Shown in pieces: positions 44,988 through 53,505 of a DNA stretch of 64,000 bases. The stretch lies in contig JAHJKL010000052.1 of the NCBI GenBank assembly GCA_018822365.1, positions 104 to 64,103 on the forward strand, in the 5' to 3' direction. The notes below the pieces were generated by a model, which was given only the letters and a program-made list of their open reading frames with translations, was not told the origin of the DNA and did not search any database. Every line of letters starts with the position of its first letter. Position 1 is the stretch's first letter. Origin of the DNA: Candidatus Margulisiibacteriota bacterium. GTDB taxonomy: Bacteria; Margulisbacteria; WOR-1; O2-12-FULL-45-9; XYB2-FULL-48-7. The position numbers and the translations under genes are program-made.

Positions 44988-47437
44988 ATAATAGAGTCGA
45001 TCCTTTCGACATACTGATCGACCAGTTTCCTGGCTTTATCGTCCCGATCGGACTCCGCGTAAATATGAATGACCGGCCGGATCGGGTCGGGAAGGATCAG
45101 GACCCAGTCTTCGCCGTGAAAAACCTTGACCCCATCGGTCAAATCAACTTCCGCGTTCCCGATCGAATCGATGATCGAGCGGAGGACCTTCCCTTTGTTT
45201 TCCGCGGCGCAGGAGATCTCTTTAGAATGCATACAAATATTCGGCACTTCTTCCGCGATCGCCGAAAGCCTGGTCTTGTTCCTGGCCAGCAATTCGATCA
45301 GCCTGACCGACGAGAACATGGCGTCGAACGCGCACTGGAATTCCGGAAAAATAAAACCACCCTGGGTCTCGCCGAAGAAATAGGTGCTCCCTTTATGGCA
45401 ACGCTCCATCATCGACCGGACACTAACCCTTGTCCTGACGACTTTGGCCTCATACTTGGCCGCCAATTGGTCAATCACCCGGCTTGCTTTGACCGGAACA
45501 GCGATCTGCCCGCCTCTGCGCCCCCGGCAGACCAGGACCGTCATGATCGCCAACTCCAGGTCCCCGTCCAGGATCCTGCCACTCTCGTCGCATAAAAAGA
45601 CCTTTTCCGCTCCGGTATCGAGCATTATCCCCAGATCGGCCTTCAGCGATTTGACGATCTGCGAAAGCTCCGCTAATCCCTTTTCAAACATGGTCTTGCT
45701 CTTGGTGATCTTGGTCTCATCAATATAGGCATTGATCGCGATAACTTCAATTCCCAGATCCCCCAGGATCGACGGAAAAATCTGCGAAGCCGAACTGTAC
45801 GCGTAGTCGACAACGACCTTCATTTTTGCCTGGCGGATCAGGTCGCGGTCGATCAAACTGACCAGGCCGCCTTTATAGTATTCGGTCACCCGATGAAAAG
45901 GAAAAGAGAGTTCGCCGACCTCGCTGATATCGGCCCGGCTGAACTCTTCGCTAAAAAAGAGCCGTTCGATCTTCTTTTCGCTGGTCGATGACAGGTCCAT
46001 TCCGTTCTCATCGAAGAATTTAATATCGATAACGTTGTTGTCATAGGGCGACTTCCGGACGTGGAACCCTCCCCTGCTTTTTAGCGCTTTCAGTTCATAG
46101 CGGTTGACCGGGATCGGGATCATTTCCAGGTCTGAAACATTAACCCCGGCCGATAAAACTCCGGATAACAGGGCCCGGTAGATCATTCGGGAAGCGGGAT
46201 GCGAATCCCGGGAAGTGCTGATCTGCGCCCCTTTCCCCAACAAAGTCGCGTAAGCTGTCCCCAGAGTAGCGGCAAATTCCGGAGTGATTTCCACGTTGCA
46301 TAGACCGTTGACCCCGAACGGGCCAAAAAGCCCTTTGGTCCAGCGCTCCCGCCAAACCATCGAGCGGGAAACTATCACCCCTTCTTCAACAACTTTTTTC
46401 GGCCAGATCTTAACGTAAGGCTTGACCACAACCTCTTTGCCAAGATTGCATTCGTCACCGATCACGACCCCTTCCTCGATCAGGCTCCTCTCTCCGACAA
46501 TGGTCCCCTGCCCGATTATCGATCGATTGGCGTTGACCTCATTCCCTATGGTTACGTTGTCCCAGAGGATCACGTCCCGCAGCACGGTATCCCGCCCGAT
46601 CTGATTGCCTCTCCCCAGAGTAACATTTTCCAGAACAACGTTATCGGCCACAAACGACCCGGCCCCAACTACGATCTTGCCGGCAAGCTTTACCGTGGCG
46701 GCAAGCTTCGCCTCTTTGTCGATCCGTTTTTCCCCAACTTTGAGGACAGCGCTCGACGCCCGGCTGTACTCGTCGACGCTCCCGATATCGCGCCAGTTCC
46801 CGGCCGCGATATAACCAAAGATCGGGACTTTTTTAGACAGGAGGAGCGGGAACAAATCAAGGCTAAAATCAAATGAACGGCCGGCGGGGATCAGGGAAAC
46901 TATTTCCGGCTCGATTATATACATCCCGCAGTTGACCGTGTCGGAAAAGATCTCGCTCCAGGACGGTTTTTCCAGAAAATACTTGACGCTGCCGTCGCTG
47001 TTAAGGATCACAATGCCGTATTGCAGAGGATTGGGGACCCGGGTCAAAACAATGGTCACCTGGGCGTGCTTTTCTTTGTGGTAAGCGACCGCCGCTTTAA
47101 GATCGAAATCGGACAGGACATCCGAGCTCATCACCAGAAAGGTCTCTTTGACGTCGACCGCCGCCAGACGGACCGCCCCCGCGGTGCCGTAATCGTCTTT
47201 TGCCTCGATATAGCTGATCTTTTGGCCAAATTTTGAGCCGTTGCCGAAATATTTTTTGATAACCTCCGGCTGATGATAAAGAAGGGCGGTCACATCATCA
47301 AAGTCGTTTTGCTTAAGCAGTTCCATGGTAAATTGCATGAGCGGCCGGTTAGCAACCGGGACCATAGGCTTGGGGATATTAACCGTTAAGGGATGGAGCC
47401 TGGTCCCCAGCCCGCCCGCCAATACTATCGCCTTCAT
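44984..47437 (-). CDS. fusion protein: sugar-1-phosphate nucleotidyltransferase, hexapeptide-repeat domain and a phosphohexomutase-like domain
   Basis: N-terminal LAGGLGTRLHPLT is followed by left-handed beta-helix repeats. The C-terminal ~450 aa has the PGM/PMM fold pattern (SRDSHPASRMIYRALLSGVLSAGVNVSDLEMIPIP), but its catalytic loops are altered. Confidence 0.75.
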   Translation of the reverse strand: MKAIVLAGGLGTRLHPLTVNIPKPMVPVANRPLMQFTMELLKQNDFDDVTALLYHQPEVIKKYFGNGSKFGQKISYIEAKDDYGTAGAVRLAAVDVKETFLVMSSDVLSDFDLKAAVAYHKEKHAQVTIVLTRVPNPLQYGIVILNSDGSVKYFLEKPSWSEIFSDTVNCGMYIIEPEIVSLIPAGRSFDFSLDLFPLLLSKKVPIFGYIAAGNWRDIGSVDEYSRASSAVLKVGEKRIDKEAKLAATVKLAGKIVVGAGSFVADNVVLENVTLGRGNQIGRDTVLRDVILWDNVTIGNEVNANRSIIGQGTIVGERSLIEEGVVIGDECNLGKEVVVKPYVKIWPKKVVEEGVIVSRSMVWRERWTKGLFGPFGVNGLCNVEITPEFAATLGTAYATLLGKGAQISTSRDSHPASRMIYRALLSGVLSAGVNVSDLEMIPIPVNRYELKALKSRGGFHVRKSPYDNNVIDIKFFDENGMDLSSTSEKKIERLFFSEEFSRADISEVGELSFPFHRVTEYYKGGLVSLIDRDLIRQAKMKVVVDYAYSSASQIFPSILGDLGIEVIAINAYIDETKITKSKTMFEKGLAELSQIVKSLKADLGIMLDTGAEKVFLCDESGRILDGDLELAIMTVLVCRGRRGGQIAVPVKASRVIDQLAAKYEAKVVRTRVSVRSMMERCHKGSTYFFGETQGGFIFPEFQCAFDAMFSSVRLIELLARNKTRLSAIAEEVPNICMHSKEISCAAENKGKVLRSIIDSIGNAEVDLTDGVKVFHGEDWVLILPDPIRPVIHIYAESDRDDKARKLVDQYVERIDSII

Positions 47438-49020
47438 GCGTAAACCCGGTAATCGATCTGCTGGAAAATATTGTCTTTATATTCGATATCGGCCAGCCAT
47501 GGTTCGTCCAGAGAATTATTATTGATCTGTTCATACAGCCGGGTGAAACGCTCCAAATGATCGTTGGTCCTCTTGACCGCGTAAGAAACGCAGGTCCCGG
47601 TCTTCATAATGAAAGCCCAATCGGACGATTGGGCCAAAAGCAGTTCTCTCGCCGCCTGGTTCAATCCCCGGCGCAAAAGGCCGCCGGAATCGGGAAAACG
47701 CTTGGCCAGCTCGACCATCCGGTCGGCCGCTTTGTGCAGATGCCGATAGATCCAGTCGTTTGAACCCTCCAGCCAATACTCGCTGTATCCCTTCCATCCC
47801 CAGGAAGAAAACGACGGAGTAACCACCTGATTCTTCGGGTTATGGTCCAGGTATTCCATAAGCGTGATCGGCTTAACAACCTCCTGGTCATAGTGCATCT
47901 TGCGAAAAAGGAAATTAAGCCAATCCGGACCTTCGTACCACCAGTGGCCGTAAAGCTCGGCGTCATAAGGGGAGACAACGATCGGGCGCCGGCCGAGAAA
48001 ATCGTGCAGGTGCTCAACCTGCTTGGCCCGGTTGAAAAGAAAATTGCCGGCATGGTCTGCCGCCCGGTCGAGGGCCCGTTGCCTTACGTAAGGCTGTTTT
48101 TGCGAAAGATCGACCCGGCCGGTTATCCGGTAATATTTGATCCCGGTGTTGATCCTGGTTCCGTCGGTATGAATGTACGGACGGATATAGTCGTAATCCA
48201 GATCGAACCCGATATCGCGGTAAAACTCGCGGTAGTTGTAATCACCCGGATACCCCTCGTTGGCGCTCCAGACCGCTTTGGACGACTCCATATCCCGGCC
48301 AAACGCGGCGACACCGGAGCGGCAATAGACCGGGGCAAATACCCCGTATTTTGGGCGGGGCGTGCCGTGCAGTATCCCGTGGGTGTCGACCAGAAAAAAC
48401 CTTATCCCTTCTTCTTTCAAGATCTCGTCCAAACCGGGATAATAACCGCATTCCGGAAGCCAGATCCCGCGCGGCCGGCGGTCAAACATCGTCTGGTAAT
48501 GTGCCGCCGCTACTTTGATCTGCGCTCTGACCGCGTTGGGATTGCTTTCCATTAACGGCAGAAAGCCGTGGGTCGCGCCGCAGGTAATGATCTCCAGTTT
48601 CCCCAGATCCTGGAATTTTTTGAAAGCGTAAATCAAATTACGATTGTATTTATTTAGAAAGCGATCGCGGCAATCAATGAAAAGATCGTGGTACATTTGC
48701 GCCAATGCCTGGTATTCCGGCTGCCAGCGGGTCCGTTCCATTTCCCGGCCGGAAAGCTCGATCAAACCGTCAATATGTTTGACGTACCGGTCCTGGAGAA
48801 GCGGGTCCATCAGCATTGAACCAAGACTTGGCGTAAGGGACATGGTCAAACGGAAATCGACCCCGTCGTTGACCAACCCTTCAAAGACTTTGAGCAGCGG
48901 GATGTAGGTTTCGGTGATCGCTTCAAAAAGCCAGTCTTCCTCAAGAAAGTCGTCATGCTCAGGGTGCCTGACAAAAGGGAGGTGGGCGTGCAGGACCAGC
49001 GCTAAATATCCTTTTTCCAT
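47434..49020 (-). CDS. GH57-family 1,4-alpha-glucan branching enzyme-like
   Basis: YLALVLHAHLPFVRHPE...WLFEAITETYIPLL matches the GH57 branching enzyme type. Confidence 0.8.
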   Translation of the reverse strand: MEKGYLALVLHAHLPFVRHPEHDDFLEEDWLFEAITETYIPLLKVFEGLVNDGVDFRLTMSLTPSLGSMLMDPLLQDRYVKHIDGLIELSGREMERTRWQPEYQALAQMYHDLFIDCRDRFLNKYNRNLIYAFKKFQDLGKLEIITCGATHGFLPLMESNPNAVRAQIKVAAAHYQTMFDRRPRGIWLPECGYYPGLDEILKEEGIRFFLVDTHGILHGTPRPKYGVFAPVYCRSGVAAFGRDMESSKAVWSANEGYPGDYNYREFYRDIGFDLDYDYIRPYIHTDGTRINTGIKYYRITGRVDLSQKQPYVRQRALDRAADHAGNFLFNRAKQVEHLHDFLGRRPIVVSPYDAELYGHWWYEGPDWLNFLFRKMHYDQEVVKPITLMEYLDHNPKNQVVTPSFSSWGWKGYSEYWLEGSNDWIYRHLHKAADRMVELAKRFPDSGGLLRRGLNQAARELLLAQSSDWAFIMKTGTCVSYAVKRTNDHLERFTRLYEQINNNSLDEPWLADIEYKDNIFQQIDYRVYA

Positions 49021-49024
49021 TGGA

Positions 49025-50002
49025 TTATTCGGTTCTTCTTTCGACCTTGGGGGTTATTTGCCGGCGTTCTGCTCCGTCGTCCCTGATCGCTTCGATCGGG
49101 ATCACCTGATCGCCGTCCGGCAGGGAAAAGCGGAGGCTAAAAGTACCGTCATCGCGCAGGTCGATCTTTCTCCCCTGCACGGTTAATGTGGCGCTTGGTT
49201 CGGTCGCCCCGTAAACGATCAATTCACAATTAGCTGTCAACCAGAACGGCCGTTCCGGCAACGATGCCCTGGCCGACCCGGAAGAGACCCAGCCAGAGCC
49301 CGACTCTTCTAAAAAGCGCTTCTTCACCAACTCTCTTATTTCTTGGGAACCTTTCCCTATGCCAAACCCGCCGGAAAGTGAATAGATCTTTTCCCAATCG
49401 GGGATCATCCATTCCTCATCGATAAGATCCGACATCCGGTCAAGCGGCATGGTGATCCAGTTGGAGCGGGCGGCAGCAATAAACCGGCCGTCTGGCAGAA
49501 GAAACCCTATATCGACGCAATAGGTCCGATTGGGCGCCGGAACCTTTATATACCAGCTGGCGGAGCCGGCAGTCAATTGAATGTCAAAGTAATTCCAGTT
49601 CTCGGTATCATAGACTCTCAAGACCTCTTTTGACCGCGAGAAAAGATCGCCTCCAACCATCTGGCCGATCTCATCGCGCCGCCGGCTGCTCACTTCCCAA
49701 TAGGCAAAGAACCAGTAAGGATCGCGGACCATCGCCACGATCCGGTTGTCTCCGTAGCTTGCCGGGAGCTCAAATTCGCGCTCTGTTTCAAACTTCCGCA
49801 TTACCGGGCCGGTGTAATATTTGGCCTCCTCAACCTTTGGTCCAGAGGGAATGATCGGCGGCTTGATCTTTTTGGTTCGCGGTTTTTTCTTCGGCCTGGC
49901 GGCCGCCAGAGCGTTCAGCTTTTTGGCCGGCGATTTTTTCCTGGCGGTTTTCTTCCTGGTAATGATCGTCGTCGCCGTAATTACTTTCTTTTTTCTGGGC
50001 AT
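49025..50002 (-). CDS. DUF4912-like protein with a Lys/Arg/Pro-rich N-terminus
   Basis: YGDNRIVAMVRDPYWFFAYWEVS is the DUF4912 hallmark as I remember it. I recall this family as a frequent neighbour of GH57 branching enzymes. Confidence 0.6.
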   Translation of the reverse strand: MPRKKKVITATTIITRKKTARKKSPAKKLNALAAARPKKKPRTKKIKPPIIPSGPKVEEAKYYTGPVMRKFETEREFELPASYGDNRIVAMVRDPYWFFAYWEVSSRRRDEIGQMVGGDLFSRSKEVLRVYDTENWNYFDIQLTAGSASWYIKVPAPNRTYCVDIGFLLPDGRFIAAARSNWITMPLDRMSDLIDEEWMIPDWEKIYSLSGGFGIGKGSQEIRELVKKRFLEESGSGWVSSGSARASLPERPFWLTANCELIVYGATEPSATLTVQGRKIDLRDDGTFSLRFSLPDGDQVIPIEAIRDDGAERRQITPKVERRTE

Positions 50003-50006
50003 TATG

Positions 50007-50270
50007 TCACCTCACCGAACGGATTGAATTCTCCCCCCCCAGCCCATTGTTTACCCTCGCGGTCTGCGGATCAAGGAACCATTGGCCATCGGCCCAATAT
50101 TTGTATTGATACTCGCCAGGCTCCAAATTAACCGTCGCTTTCCACTCTCCCGCCTTCCCTTCGCTCATAAAGATCGCCCCTTTTTCCCAGTTGGAAAACT
50201 CTCCACATATCCTTACATCGTTAGCGGAAACCGGGGCTTTAAATGAAAAAACAACTTTCTTTTTGGCCAT
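50007..50270 (-). CDS. stand-alone glycogen-binding module (CBM48 / AMPK-beta GBD-like), 87 aa
   Basis: VVFSFKAPVSANDVRICGEFSNWEKG...EPGEYQYKYWADGQWFLDP is CBM48-like. Confidence 0.65.
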   Translation of the reverse strand: MAKKKVVFSFKAPVSANDVRICGEFSNWEKGAIFMSEGKAGEWKATVNLEPGEYQYKYWADGQWFLDPQTARVNNGLGGENSIRSVR

Positions 50271-50272
50271 GA

Positions 50273-51310
50273 TCAGATCTTAACCTCCCGCAAATATTTG
50301 GCCGCTTCTTCTGGCGCGGTCGGATTAATATACAACCCTGACCCCCATTCAAAACCGGCCTGCTTGGTCAGGCGGGGAATGATCTCAATATGCCAGTGGA
50401 AGTCGTAACCGATCGTCCCCCAATAATCCGGTTTCCCCGGCCTGGGGACCGAGTTTGGCGCCGTATGAATTACGTAATTGTAGGGTGGATCATTAAGGGT
50501 CTTTTTTAGCCGCATCATGATATCTTTTAAACAACGGGCCAACTGCATCCGCTCTTCGTCCGGCAGTTCCTGGAATCCGGATTCGTGGCGGCGGGGAAGA
50601 AGCCACAGCTCAAATGGAAAGCGGGAAGCAAAAGGAGTAAAAGCGACAAAATATTCGTTCTCATAGACCATCCGCTCACCGGTCCCCAGCTCCTGCCTGA
50701 TCATGTCGCAAAAAATACAGCGTTCCTTTTCTAAAAAGTAAGAGCGGGCCTTGGCCAGCTCCAGTTTGACGTACCGCGGAGTGATCGGCGTGGCGATCAA
50801 CTGCGAATGCGGATGGGAAAGCGAAGCGCCGGCCGCCGTTCCGTAATTTTTAAAGACCAAAATATAGCGGAAGCGCTTATCTTTTTCCAGGTCGACGATC
50901 CTTTGCTTGTATGCCCAAAGGATCTTATCAATGTGGGCCTCATCCATATCGGCAATGGTCAAATTATGGTTGGGTGTTTCAATAATAACTTCGTGGGCGC
51001 CGATCCCGCTCATCATGTCAAATATTCCCATCCCGGTACGGTTAACTTCCCCTTCAATCACCAACGCTGGGAATTTGTTGGGGGTGACCCGGACATCCCA
51101 TCCGGGAGTGTCGGGCGCGGTGTTCGGCTTACGCCAGGCAATTATTTCTTTCGGGGTTTTTCCTTCATTCCCTTCGTCAAACGGGCAAAATTTTGATTCG
51201 CCCGCTCCTTCAGCCATCGGGGCCGAGCCGAAGTCAGAAGGACGCCTCCCCCTCTCAGTTGAAACTACCACCCAACGATCAGAAATAGGGTCTTTACGAA
51301 GCTCTGGCAT
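50273..51310 (-). CDS. GalT-type HIT-superfamily nucleotidyltransferase (Gal-1-P uridylyltransferase / ADP-glucose phosphorylase family)
   Basis: ELRKDPISDRWVVVSTERGRRP and the catalytic SHPHSQL are present. Confidence 0.75.
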   Translation of the reverse strand: MPELRKDPISDRWVVVSTERGRRPSDFGSAPMAEGAGESKFCPFDEGNEGKTPKEIIAWRKPNTAPDTPGWDVRVTPNKFPALVIEGEVNRTGMGIFDMMSGIGAHEVIIETPNHNLTIADMDEAHIDKILWAYKQRIVDLEKDKRFRYILVFKNYGTAAGASLSHPHSQLIATPITPRYVKLELAKARSYFLEKERCIFCDMIRQELGTGERMVYENEYFVAFTPFASRFPFELWLLPRRHESGFQELPDEERMQLARCLKDIMMRLKKTLNDPPYNYVIHTAPNSVPRPGKPDYWGTIGYDFHWHIEIIPRLTKQAGFEWGSGLYINPTAPEEAAKYLREVKI

Positions 51311-51327
51311 TTTAAGTCCTCCTAGGT

Positions 51328-53505
51328 TTATTCCTCAATACGCAAGGCTATCTTTATCTTCCATTTTTGGCCCGGATGCAAGCTAATCTTCCAATTTGGA
51401 AAAAGAACCGAACCTTGAAAGGTCCTCTCAAAACCGGCTTCAGAAATGGAAACCGTTTCGATCGGGAATCGCCACAAAGCAGCCGGCCGATCCAGGGCCA
51501 ATACTACACCAAATCCTTTCCGTTCGTCAACAATGCCCAGGGAAGAAATATTTTCCGACTTGCCGGAAGCAGTAATAAGGCTCTTTTCCTCGCCCTCGAC
51601 CAAGCAATAATTATCGTTAATATTTCCCTTCATAAAAGAAAAATTAAACTCTGTGCCAAACCAAAGGTGGACCACTTCCTGGCTTATATTGCTTAGGTCA
51701 TAAACCACGTTTATTATTGATTGTTTTGCCATGATCGAGATCTCTTTTTCAACCCTGACCTCTTTCCCGTTTACCAGCCCATCTTTTTTCATCCTGAGCA
51801 AAACTTCGCTCCCTCGTCTTTGCGGCATAAAAGTATAGCTTCCCTCAAAATCCCCTTCTTCCTTAAACTTGTTCCGGCTAAATGATTCCAAAGTAGTCCC
51901 CTCGCTTAAAAAATGATCGACCAGGCAAAACCTGGGATGCCGGTCATAAATAAGAAGCTCATCCAAACCGGCTTTTTTCGCCCGATCAACAGTTTTGCGG
52001 GCCGCGTCTGACATTTCCGCTCCCCCCTGCCAGGCAGGCGGTTTAATCTTTTCGTGATAGGCCTCTTCCCGCCTGGCCAGGGTATTTATTAAATTGTAAT
52101 TCTTAGGTTTATAATCGATCTCAAACAATGTCCCCCCCTGTGCGGGTGAAAAATAAAGATTGAGCATACTGCTGGTCAGCAGGACTTCTTCCCGGCCGTC
52201 GCGGTCAAGGTCGGTGATCGTTATGTCGGCATAATCATCGTTACCCCGGGCATGGCTATCCATGACCGCTTCCGCTTTCAGAATATTCTCATAGACCGCG
52301 TGGCGCAGGTAATTGAGATAGATCCCGCTAAACACTCCATGCCAATAAGCGCAGCCGCACTGGCTTTTATAGACCGCCAGCTCCGCTTCTTTTAGCCGGC
52401 TTTCCAATTCCTTCTCGCCAAGGAGCGACTTCCCTTTCTTCATCCGGGAGAGCCGGTCGCTGGCTTGCAGCATCCTCTTGTGCATCAGGTTTGATTCCGG
52501 ATATTTAACCAGGAAGTTCCTAAAATATCCTCCGCTTAAAAACGGCAGGAATTCTTCCAGATAATCGTTCTTTTTCAAGTCGTCAATGATCCGTTTATAT
52601 TTTTTCTCGGCCGCCGCCGGCAGCGACCAGTCCATCATTTCAAAATATGAGCTTGATGGCAGATATATTCTGCCGGCTGGAAGCTCTTCTTCCAAGTAAT
52701 CGGAAAAGCTCCGGCTCTTGAGCCACTCGGCTTCTTCGATCAGGTCAAACAATTTATCGAGATAGCCGCTGCTAAATACTTTCTGGGTCCCTGGCCAAAG
52801 GCCGAATTTTTCGCCGTCGTCGGCGATCACCGCCAAACCCTGGTTTATTGAAAGCTGCCGCAGATGGTCCATGACTTCGTCGGGTTTTTTGAAAGGGATG
52901 GCGTGCCGTAAATACCGGCTGATCGGAAAGATCCGAAGCATCTCCCCCGCTTCTTCGGTCAGGTAATAACCGCTAAGCTGTTCTTTCTCCAGGCCGGCGG
53001 CAATAAAGTGGGAATCATCGAGCAAGGTGTACTCAACGCCGGATTGGGCCATGATCCTGGCCAGGTGCGGCTCCCAAACCCGCTCGGCCAGCCACATGCC
53101 GCGCGGCGCCGAACCAAACTTCCCCTTGAGATAATCGTTTTGCATCCTGATCTGGCCGTACTTGTCTTCGTCCGGAATCAGGGAAAGGATCGGCTCGTAA
53201 TGCCCGCCGGTGAGGAGTTCAAGCTGCCCTTTTTTCACCAGATCTTTTAGCAAGCCGAGGAATTCAGGATGGCGGGACTCAAACCACTCCAGCAGGACCC
53301 CGCTGTAATGAGCGGCAAATTTTATTCGGGGATGACGGCGCAAGGTTTCGATAAATGGAAGATAGGAACGCTGGTAAGCTTCTTCTATGACCTGGTCAAG
53401 GTTCCCTACCGGCTGATGGCAATGGACCGCCAACAGCAGGTCGACCGGCCGATTTTTAAACCGACCACTGTTCTTGTTCGTATGTATCGCTTGGGACGGT
53501 GACAT
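51328..53505 (-). CDS. GH57-family alpha-glucan-active enzyme (4-alpha-glucanotransferase / amylopullulanase-like, 725 aa)
   Basis: LLLAVHCHQPVGN...AAHYSGVLLEW is a GH57 signature. The listed ATG overlaps the upstream gene by 50 nt. Confidence 0.75.
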   Translation of the reverse strand: MSPSQAIHTNKNSGRFKNRPVDLLLAVHCHQPVGNLDQVIEEAYQRSYLPFIETLRRHPRIKFAAHYSGVLLEWFESRHPEFLGLLKDLVKKGQLELLTGGHYEPILSLIPDEDKYGQIRMQNDYLKGKFGSAPRGMWLAERVWEPHLARIMAQSGVEYTLLDDSHFIAAGLEKEQLSGYYLTEEAGEMLRIFPISRYLRHAIPFKKPDEVMDHLRQLSINQGLAVIADDGEKFGLWPGTQKVFSSGYLDKLFDLIEEAEWLKSRSFSDYLEEELPAGRIYLPSSSYFEMMDWSLPAAAEKKYKRIIDDLKKNDYLEEFLPFLSGGYFRNFLVKYPESNLMHKRMLQASDRLSRMKKGKSLLGEKELESRLKEAELAVYKSQCGCAYWHGVFSGIYLNYLRHAVYENILKAEAVMDSHARGNDDYADITITDLDRDGREEVLLTSSMLNLYFSPAQGGTLFEIDYKPKNYNLINTLARREEAYHEKIKPPAWQGGAEMSDAARKTVDRAKKAGLDELLIYDRHPRFCLVDHFLSEGTTLESFSRNKFKEEGDFEGSYTFMPQRRGSEVLLRMKKDGLVNGKEVRVEKEISIMAKQSIINVVYDLSNISQEVVHLWFGTEFNFSFMKGNINDNYCLVEGEEKSLITASGKSENISSLGIVDERKGFGVVLALDRPAALWRFPIETVSISEAGFERTFQGSVLFPNWKISLHPGQKWKIKIALRIEE

